From Macrostomum lignano (taxonomy: Eukaryota), in the NCBI GenBank assembly GCA_002269645.1, contig NIVC01002695.1, positions 85,073 through 149,072 of the forward strand: a DNA stretch of 64,000 nt. The letters run 5' to 3'. The notes beneath the pieces were generated by a model that worked only from the letters and a program-made list of their open reading frames with translations, was not told the origin of the DNA and ran no database searches. Shown here piece after piece: positions 12,901 through 22,772 of the stretch (the stretch's first letter is position 1; every line of letters begins with the position of its first letter). Position numbers and translations under genes: made by a program.

Positions 12901-15900
12901 TTATCCCTCATCTATTCTCTCTCCTATCATCTCCAATCTGTCATGTCTAATCTCTCCACTCAATTATACTCTGTTTTCTATCATCTCTTCTCTCTTCTCT
13001 TTTCAGTCTTCTCTTTACTCTCTTCTCTGACTGATTGAAGATGCCAAATCCATCAAGATCCTCTCCGCGAAGCAAAAATCCTGTCTGTGCAACTAAAAAC
13101 CATCGAAATCCTCTCAGTGAAACTGGACTCCTTCGAAATCCTCTCCTTGAAACTTAAATCCATCAAAATTGTTTCCATAAAACAGAAATCAATCATAAAT
13201 TATCTCCGCGAAACAGAAAGCCTCTCCGTGAAGCTGAACATGATCGAAATCCTCTCCGTGAAACTGAACACCATGGAAATCCTTTCGTGAAACTGAACAT
13301 CATCGAAATCCTCTCCACGAAACAGAAATCTTCTCCGTCAGAATTTAAACATTGAAATCGTCTCCGTTAAACTTGACTTAATCGAATTTTTTCCGTCAAA
13401 CAACTTAACTCGCCAGATTCATTAGGGTTAGGGTTAGGGTTAGGGTTAGGGTTAGAACTACGCACAGCTTCGTGTTAAAAGGCACAGATAAAAATATTGA
13501 ACTAATTGAATCAATTCATTGCGCAACCGATTTCACAGTCAGTATCAGTCTCAGTTAAATTTAACCAAAAGATTGCGCAATTTAAATCAACCCTCCAGTA
13601 CACAGAGACCGACCCCTTTTCAATACGCTGTGGCAGTTAGAAATTGAACCCCATCTGTTGGGGGCATTGAACCAAAAAATGAGTACAATCTTTGCATAAA
13701 GCTAAAAGTATGGAAATAGTTTTTTTGATGCTGCTCTTTTAGTCTTTATATTGAAAGCTAACAATTTATATCCTCGAACTCAGCATTGCAAGATCTTTTC
13801 AGCAGTATAAGTCTCTTCTCTTAAAGTTTAGAACTCGAAGAGCAGTTAGCGTTTGAAAGTTTCCGTTTTAAAGCATTAAAATATCGAGTGTACGTTCACT
13901 GCCTGCCAAAGAGGCTCGCAAGTTGATTCATTCATTACACAGGCTGGCTATTACACAGGGCAGCGTATTGAAAGGCACAGATAATAAAACAAATTGATGG
14001 TGCAACCGATTTCACAGTCAGTCAGTATCAGTCTCAGTTAAAGTTAACAAAAACATTGCGCAATCTAAATCAACCCTCCAATACACAGCAGCAGTGAGAA
14101 GTTGAACCCTCCCCCCAACTTTATCTATTACGTCTCGCAAAACTGAGCACAATTTTTGCAGAAAGTTAAAAGCATGGAAATAGTTTTTTCAATGCTGGGC
14201 TTTTTCTTTACACATTTAAAGCAAACAACTTATATCCCCGAACTCAGCGTTGCAAGATCTTTCCAGCAATATAAGTTTCTCCTCTGAAAGTTTAAAACTC
14301 GAGGAACAGTTAGCGTTTGAATTTACCAATTTCCCGACTACTTGCTAGAGAAGCTCGCAAGTTTATTCATTGAATTTCACTGCCAAACTAATACACAGGG
14401 CCGATAATAAAAAATGAACCAATTGAATCAATTGATTGTGCAATATATTTCTGTGTTAGTCAGTATCAGTCTCAGTTAAAGTTAACAAACAGATTGCGCA
14501 ATCTAAATCAACCCTCAAATACACACCGACCGACCTCCTAACTGTTGGGGGTCGGTCGAACGCCATTGAAATCCTAAAATGAGTACAATCTTTGCAGAAA
14601 GTTTAAAGTATGGAAATAGTTTTTGCAATGCAGAGCTTTTAGTTTTCATATTTAAAGCAAACAATTTATATCCCTGAAATCAGCTTTGCAAGTTCTTTCC
14701 AGCAATATAAATTTTTTCTCTCAAAGTTAAAAACTCGAGCAACAGTTTGCGTTTGAAACTTTCTGATTTAAAGCATTGAAATATCGATTGTACGTTCACT
14801 GCCTGCTAAAGAGGCCCGCAAGTTTATGCATTGAATTTCAAGGTTCAACAAAATCACAGGGCTGCCTATTGAAAATTAGAACACAAATCTTTGCGCAATT
14901 GTCTATACAGTCAGCCAGTGAGCCAGGGTCCGATTGTACACATGCAGCCATTTAGAACGCCCCATCCCCCCACTGGAGAGAAAATACACTGCAGAGATAG
15001 GGAAAAGTTGTGGCGCAATCACTTGAAATTCATGCAAATTTTCAGCTCCAAGCAGAAAGAGGGGACAATTAAGATTATCAAAGGTCAAGACCGCCGTTTT
15101 CTGCTTTTTTGAGGATCTTAGAAATTAAAATTTCAGAATTAAAATAGCCTATAGCCGACCTCGGATAATTTCCAATCTTCCCATATAAGTTTCAACGCTG
15201 AGTTGGCACTATTCAAGGAGGAGTTGTCGAAATGACAGACAGACAGACAGACAAACAACACGTCAACTTTAGTATATATAGACGAGTGGAACTCCTCCTT
15301 CGGAGGAGAAAGGGGAAGAACTCCCATCACCGGAATTCTATTCCCTGAAATATCCATCAACTGAAATTCCATGTCTTTAACCCTATCTTCCAAATCGTCT
15401 CCAAATTCTTTACAAAATCTTTCAAAGACCATAGCTCAAAGACTCTCAAGTCTCTCATATCTCCTCTCTCCTCTCTTTCATCTCATCTCTACCCCTGTTC
15501 CCTTATTTATCTCTTCTCCCTCGTCTTTCGTCTGTACCTTCTCCTGTCTTCTGTCTCCTCTCTTCACTCTTATCTCTCCTCTTCTCTCCTCTCTCATATG
15601 TCATCTCTACTCACTTATCTATCGTCTCTCTTAACCCTCTCTCTCTCTTCTCTTTTCTCTTCTCTCTGCTCTCATTTCTCATATTTCATATACGCTCTGA
15701 CACTACTTTCTTGTCTCCCATCTTTCTTCCTCCTTTTCACTATCCCCTGTCTCTTCTCTTCTCTCTTTTCTATTCTCTCCATTCTCTCTTTTCTCCTTTC
15801 CTTGCTCCTTTCATCTCTCTCCTCTCTCCTCACTCTCTTCTCCTTTCGCTTCTCTCTCCTCTCTCTCCTCTCATCTTTACTACCTTATTTATATCTTCTC

Positions 15901-18441
15901 CCTAGTCTTTCGTCTGTACTCTCTCCTGTCTCCTCTCTCCCCTCCTCTCTCATCCCTCATCTCCTCATCTCCTCATCTCACTCTTTCTTTCTCCTCTACT
16001 CTCCCCTCTCTTCTATTGCCTCTGTACGCTCTTATCCCTCATCTATTCTCTCTCCTATCATCTCCAATCGGTCATGTCTAATCTCTCCACTCAATTTTAC
16101 TCTGTTTTCTATCATCTCTTCTCTCTTCTCTTTTCAGTCTTCTCTTTACTCTCTTCTCTGACTGATTGAAGATGCCAAATCCATCAAGATCCTCTCCGCG
16201 AAGCAAAAATCCTGTCTGTGCAACTAAAAACCATCGAAATCCTCTCAGTGAAACTGGACTCCTTCGAAATCCTCTCCTTGAAACCTGAATCCATCAAAAT
16301 TGTTTCCATAAAACAGAAATCTATCATAAATTATCTCAGCGAAACAGAAAGCCTCTCCGTGAAGCTGAACATGATCGAAATCCTCTCCGTGAAACTGAAC
16401 ACCATGGAAATCCTTTCGTGAAACTGAACATCATCGAAATCCTCTCCACGAAACAGAAATCTTCTCCGTCAGAATTTAAACATTGAAATCGTCTCCGCTA
16501 AACTTGACTTAATCGAATTTTTTCCGTCAAACAACTCAACTCGCCAGATTCATTAGGGTTAGGGTTAGGGTTAGGGTTAGGGTTAGAACTACGCACAGCT
16601 TCGTGTTAAAAGGCACAGATAAAAATATTGAACTAATTGAATCAATTCATTGCGCAACCGATTTCACAGTCAGTCAGTATCAGCCTCAGGTAAAGTTAAC
16701 AAAAGATTGCGCAATCTAAATCAACCCTCCAATCCACAGCTGTAGTGAGAAGTTGAACCCTCCCCCCAACTTTATCTATTACGTCTTGCAAAACTGAGTA
16801 CAATATTTGCAAAAAGTTAAAAGTATGGAAATAGTTTTCCAAATGCTGTGCTTTTTCTTTTCATAGTTAAAGCAAACAACTTATATCCCGAACTCAGCGT
16901 TGCAAGATCTTGCCAGCAATATAAGTTTCTCCTCTCAAAGTTTAAAACTCGAGGAACAGTTAGCGTTTGAAACTGTCTGATTTATAGCATTGAAGAATCG
17001 AGTGTACGTTCACTGCCTGCTTGCAAGTTGATGCATTGAATTTCAATGTCCAACAAATACACAGGACTGCCCATTGATAGGCAGGAAAACTTATCAGTAG
17101 CCATATCATTGCGCAATTATCTATAAAGTCAGCCAGTGAGCCAGGGTCCAATTGTACACACGCCGCCAATGAGAACGCGCCCATTCCCCACAGGAGAGAA
17201 AATGCACTGGCGACATAGGAAAAAGTTGTGGCGTAATCACTCAAAATTTATGCCAATTTTCAGCTCCGAGCAGAAAGAGGGGACAATTAAGATTATCAAA
17301 GGTCAAGACCGCCGTTTTCTGCTTTTTTAGGGATCTTAAAAATTGAAAATGAAATATTAAAATAGCCTAAAGCCATCCTCGGAAAATTTGCAGTTTTCCC
17401 ATATAAGTTTCAACGCTGAGTTGCAAGTATTCTAGGAGGAGTTATCGAACTGACATACAGACAGACAAACAACGCGTCAACTTTAGTATATAGACGAGTG
17501 GAACTCCTCCTTCGGAGGAGAAAGGGGAAGAACTCCCATCACCGGAATTCCATTCCCTGAATTATCCATCAACTGAAATTCCATGTCTTGAACCCCATCT
17601 TCCAAATCGTCTCCAAATTCTTTACAAACCTTTCAAAGACCATAGCTCAAAGACTCTTACGTCTCTCATATCTCCTCTCTCCTCTCTTCGCTATTATCGT
17701 GACTCTCTTCTCTCTCCTCTCTCTCATCTCATCTCTACCCCTACTCACTTATTTATCTCTTCTCCCTCGCCTTTCGTCTGTACCCTCTTTTGTCTTTTGT
17801 CTTGCTTCTTCTCTCTTATCTCTCCCTCTTCTCTTCTCTCTCATATGTCATCTCTACTCACTTATCTATCGTCTCTCTTAACCCTCTCTCTCTCTTCTCT
17901 TTTCTCTCCTCTCTGCTCTCATTTCTCAAATTTTATATACGCTCTCACACTCTCACACACACTCTCTCTCACGCTCTTATCCCTCATCTATTCTCTCTCC
18001 TATCATCTCTCCTGTCTCCCTCTGCTATCTCATATCTCCCCTCTCATCTCCTCTCTCCTCTTCTCTTCTCTCTCCCTCTTCATTCTCGCCTTACTCTCCT
18101 ATTTTCTCCCATTTGTCATCTCTAATCTCTCCTCTCTCATATCTACTCTTTTCTATAATCTCTTTTCTCTTTTCTCTGACTGACTGAAGGTACCAAATCC
18201 ATCGAAATCCTCCGTCAAATAGAAATCCATCAAAATTCTCTCCGAGAAACAGAAATGTATCAAAATTTTCTTTGGGAAACTGAAAGCCATCAAAATCGTC
18301 TCTGTGAAACAGAACTTTATCAAATAATACATTATATCTACATGACAAAAATATTAAGTTTTTAGTTATATTTATTACATAAATTACATTGTCACAAAAC
18401 ACAATCCACAGCAACCGTTGAAGTCGATAAGCATTAGAAAG

Positions 18442-18855
18442 CTATGGTAGAGCATCGCAATACATGTTAAGATTGACATCGGAAATAATAGGGGAAGGCG
18501 GAAATGCTACACCAAAAGCGAAGGGCAACGCATTCACTGACGAATGACCAAAAAGTGACTGACAGGCATGACCGAGAAAGATTACAAAAAGAGAAAGTGC
18601 GACTTCCTGCTCGAGGCGATGCTGGCGGTCGGCCTCGTCCTCAGCTGCGCGGTCTTCAGCTGTGCGCAGCCGGTTCTGCTTGAGGCGATGCTGGCGCTCG
18701 GCCTCGCCCTCAACTGCGCGTCTTTCCGCCTGGCAAAGCCTATTCTGCTCCAGGCGTGCTGCATGCTCCTCTGGTGTCTCGGAGTCCCTCCGCTTCTTGG
18801 CACCAGATGCAGCGCGTGTAGAGCGGGACAAATTGCCTCGACCGCGTTTAGGCAT
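18442..18855 (-). pseudogene. Truncated Helitron RepHel-like N-terminal fragment (charged R/E-rich repeats)
   Basis: MPKRGRGNLSRSTR...ETPEEHAARLEQNRL... resembles the N-termini of animal Helitron RepHel proteins as I recall them. It lies inside an array unit in the element orientation. No Rep or helicase motifs are retained. Confidence 0.55.
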
Positions 18856-20815
18856 TACAAAAAAAGGAATATATTTGAAGAAAATATTTTAAAAAATATT
18901 GAGAGGCGATTGAAACAATCCGGCCAAGTGTGGATCGGTGGTATCGAAACAAAACGTGACTTTATATAAAGCAATTAGCTGTCCCGTGCCTGCAGCTTTG
19001 CGTCACTAAATCTCCACTTCTCTACACCAAGTGTACAAACATCGCTTTGATGAGTAAAACTGCTGCCTAACCAACCAATCAGCGGACAGTTCTCTGTGGA
19101 CTAAATTTTATCTTATCTTCAATGTACATACAGACAATCGATTTAATTTATTAATTTAGAATTCACCAATTACAATGCACGAAAAGGTGTGAATTCTTCA
19201 TTGGGCCGGGGGTTGGGGTTAGGGTAACCATAATTTCATCGTTCTTTCATTTCATTGCTATCTGTAGCCTACTGGGCATTCACTGTGTACACTGAACCCT
19301 ATCACTTCACCGCGGCCCGCCACCCCTGGCCCCAACACGGGTTATTTGAATTGAATAGTGTCAGAAAATTTAAAGAAAGATTTTTCTTGAATGCTGTGCT
19401 TTTTGTTTTCATGATTAAAGCAAGAAACTTATACCCCCCGAACTCAGCGTTGCAAGCTCTTTCCAGCAATATAAGTCTCTTCTCTTAAAGTTTAAAACTC
19501 GTGGAACAGTTGCCGTTTCTAATTTCCCAATTTCCCGACTGCTTGCCTGAGAGGCTCGCAATTTTGTACATTGAATTTCACTGCCAAGCTAATACACAGG
19601 GCCGATAATAAAAAAGTGAACCAATTGAATCAATTGATTGCGCAATATATTTCTGTGTTAGTCAGTATAAGTCTCAGTTAAAGTTAACAAAAAGTTTGCG
19701 CAATCTAATCAACCCTCCAATACAAAGCAACTGACCCCCTTCCTATACACAGCGCCAGTTAGAAGTCGAAACCCCTAACTTTATCTATTACGTCTCGCAA
19801 AACTGAGTACAATTTTTGCAGAAAGTTTAAAGTATGGAAATTGTTTTTTTTAATGCTGTGCTTTTTCTTTTCATATTTAAAGCATACAACTTATATCCCC
19901 GAACTCAGCGTTGCAAGATCTTTCCAGCAATATAAGTCTCTCCTCTCAAAGTTTAAAACTCGAGCAACAGTTTGCGTTTGAAACTGTCTGATTTATAGCA
20001 TTGAAGTATGGAGTGTACGTTCACTGCCTGCTTGCAAGTTGATGCATTGAATTTTAATGTCCAACAAATACACAGGGCTGCCCATTGAGAGGCAGGAAAA
20101 CTTATCAGTAGCCATATCATTGCGCAATTATCTATACAGTCAGCCAGTAAGCCAGGGTCCAAGTGTACACACGCAGCCACTGAGAACGCTCCCACCCCCC
20201 ACTGGAAAGAAAATACACTACAGAGATAGGGAAAAGTTGTGGCGCAATCACTAAAAATTCGTGCATTTTTTCAGCTCCAAGCAGAAAGAGGGGACAAATA
20301 AGATTATCAAAGGTCAAGATTCAAGTTTTCTGCTTTTTTAGGGATCTTAACAATCGAAAATAAAATATTAAAATAGCCTATAGCCGACCTCGGATAATTT
20401 CCAATCTTCCCATATAAGTTTCAACGCTGAGTTGCCACTATTCAAGGAGGAGTTGTCGAAATGACACACAGACAGACAAACAACGCGTCAACTTTAGTAT
20501 ATATAGATAGATAGAAGTTATCGAACTGACATACAGACAGACAAACAACGCACCACTTTTAGTATTAAGAGGATAGATAGAAGTTATCGAACTGACATAC
20601 AGACAGACAAACAACGCGTCAACTTTAGTATATATAGATAGATAGAGAGATATATATATAAGATAAGAGAAGAGAGAGAGAGAAGAGAAGAGAGAGAAGA
20701 GAAGAGAAGAGAGAGAAGAGATTAGAAGATTAGAAGATTTAGAAGATTAGAAGATTAGATAGATTTAGATTAGAAGAAAATTAGAATTAGATTTTTAGTA
20801 TATTGGAAGATGGAA

Positions 20816-21265
20816 GATTAGCACTCAGCCCAGATTAGCACTCAGCCCAGATTAGCACTCAGCCCAGATTAGAACTCAGCCTAGATTAGCACTCAGCCCA
20901 GATTAGCACTCAGCCTAGATTAGCACTCAGCCCAGATTAGCACTCAGCCTAGATTAGCACTCAGCCCAGATTAGCACTCAGCCCAGATTAGCACTCAGCC
21001 CAGATTAGCACTCAGCCCAGATTAGCACTCAGCCTAGATTAGCACTCAGCCGAGATTAGCACTCAGCCTAGATTAGCACTCAGCCCAGATTAGCACTCAG
21101 CCCAGATTAGCACTCAGCCCAGATTAGCACTCAGCCCAGATTAGCACTCAGCCCAGATTAGCACTCAGCCTAGATTAGCACTCAGCCCAGATTAGCACTC
21201 AGCCCAGATTAGCACTCAGCCTAGATTAGCACTCAGCCCAGATTAGCACTCAGCCCAGATTAGCA
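20816..21265. repeat. 17-bp minisatellite (GCACTCAGCCCAGATTA)n, about 26 copies
   Basis: Directly visible tandem repeat with C/T variants. Confidence 0.95.
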
Positions 21266-22763
21266 CCGCTCCACAGATTACCGCCGCTTCCCAGATAGTT
21301 TCACCTTCTCAGATTAGCACTACTTCTCCAGATTTGCACCACTCCGCAAAAATTCGCACCGCTACTTCCTCCAGATTAGCCCCAATCCCCCAGATTAGCC
21401 TCCCCCCTCCTTTATATTAGCCCCACTCCCTTAGATTAGCACCGCTCCCCAGATTAGCACCACTCCCAAACTGCTAAAAGGTGACTACTATTATCGCCTC
21501 AGAAGTTTAAAGTTAAACCCTCCCCAGAAATTGGCTGTTATCCCCACAACAACCTGAAGTTATCCCTTCTAATTCCGCAAAACAGACTGCAGTCATACAA
21601 CTCATTTGCACTCTACAACTTTTATTATTATTATTCATTTATCCCTCAGGGACCCAGAATTGTCCCTTCTGCAAGCTACAATTATTCACAGTTAGATATC
21701 CTCCTCAGAAGTCTGCCATTATTATCCTAGCAGTCTGCAGCTATCCACTCGGCAGTTTGCAGCTTATACGCTCATAAGTCTCGACTCGAGAAACTAACCA
21801 ACGTCAGCAGTTTGCAGTTTGTCCCCTTTGCAGTCTGCAATGATCCTTTCAACAATGTAGAAATTAGCTCAGCATTTTATGGCTCACTAATCGATTTTCG
21901 ATACATATCGGCAATCTCTTGCACCACTCAGCATTTAGCAATACCTCAGCAGTTTAGCAGCATCATCTGCAGTTTAGTAATTTAATCCCCTGCAGTTTAC
22001 TAATATCTACTTCTATAGACCTAGATAATAACAATTAATGGGATCTTAGAATTTTACAAATCAAATCAAATTTGCTTAGTGGCTTGTGCGAGTAGCAAAA
22101 ATAAATTATTGTAATTAATAAAAAAAATTAATTACAATTAATCAAAAACTGTTCAAAATAGTCGAGGTAGAAGCTACTAATGAATGAATTTATTTAATTT
22201 TAATTATCCGCTGGGGAGGCGGACTCGAACCTTGGACCTTATGCCTAGCCTAAACCTAGTCCTAGTGCCTACACTGCGGCTATTCCGCCTACTGATCGGA
22301 GGGCGCAAAAATCAGCCATATATGCTTCGGCACTGCAGTCAAATACATAGCAGTGATAGGCTGCTCAGTGTGCACAGGTTGTGCAGGCAGAGCCAATGCA
22401 TAGTTGAGTGAAATCTATAAATAGCAATTGTTTATGCAGTCAGCCAGAGCAGAATGTACACACGCCGCCACTGAGCATTATTTTCCTCTCCCTTATAGAG
22501 AAAAGTTGTGGCGCAATCTTAATTGGAATTGAAATTCAGTTAGTGAGATTTTGACCTTTTCTAGCCTCCCATTGAAAGCATTAGAAAAACTCGTTTTTCG
22601 AATATTTAACCAACTTCCCATTCGAATTTTTCAATGCAATTACACCCACACAATCTCACAAGAATTTTGAGTTGAATAAAGCAAGTTTGAAAAAAATCGG
22701 TTCAGGCATTCAGGCTGTAGACTGAAATACCGGTCAAACAAACCTTAGAGATTTAGTATATTG
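20816..22763 (-). mobile_element. Second copy of Helitron-like family 2; 3' end not recognisable
   Basis: 21265-22763 is homologous to 23090-25604 and has the same 5' terminal sequence CAATATACTAAATCTC on the minus strand. Confidence 0.65.
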
Positions 22764-22772
22764 TGATGATGA

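Larger units (their letters stand above)
1..20644 (-). mobile_element. Tandem head-to-tail array of non-autonomous Helitron-like elements (family 1), at least 8 junctions
   Basis: On the minus strand each unit starts TC(T/C)ATA.ACTAAAG followed by (TGTC/TGTT)n. It ends with a 7-bp-stem hairpin CTCCTCC-nnn-GGAGGAG, a short spacer and CTCG. Junctions (plus-strand CGAG) are at 544, 3344, 4980, 7698, 9557, 12161, 15283 and 17495. Internal modules are shared. One unit holds a RepHel-like N-terminal ORF on the same strand. Confidence 0.72.

Noticed and set aside
13422-13455. True chromosome end or telomere
   Set aside because: The tracts are at most 5 repeats long and are embedded in conserved flanks on both sides.
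495-18183. Long Ser/Leu/Phe-rich ORFs (for example 495-1154, 9645-10526, 12249-12782)
   Set aside because: They are by-products of stop-poor CT-rich low-complexity DNA, open in several frames and with no domain.
22218-22289. Functional tRNA gene
   Set aside because: The anticodon arm, T-stem and acceptor stem cannot all be formed.
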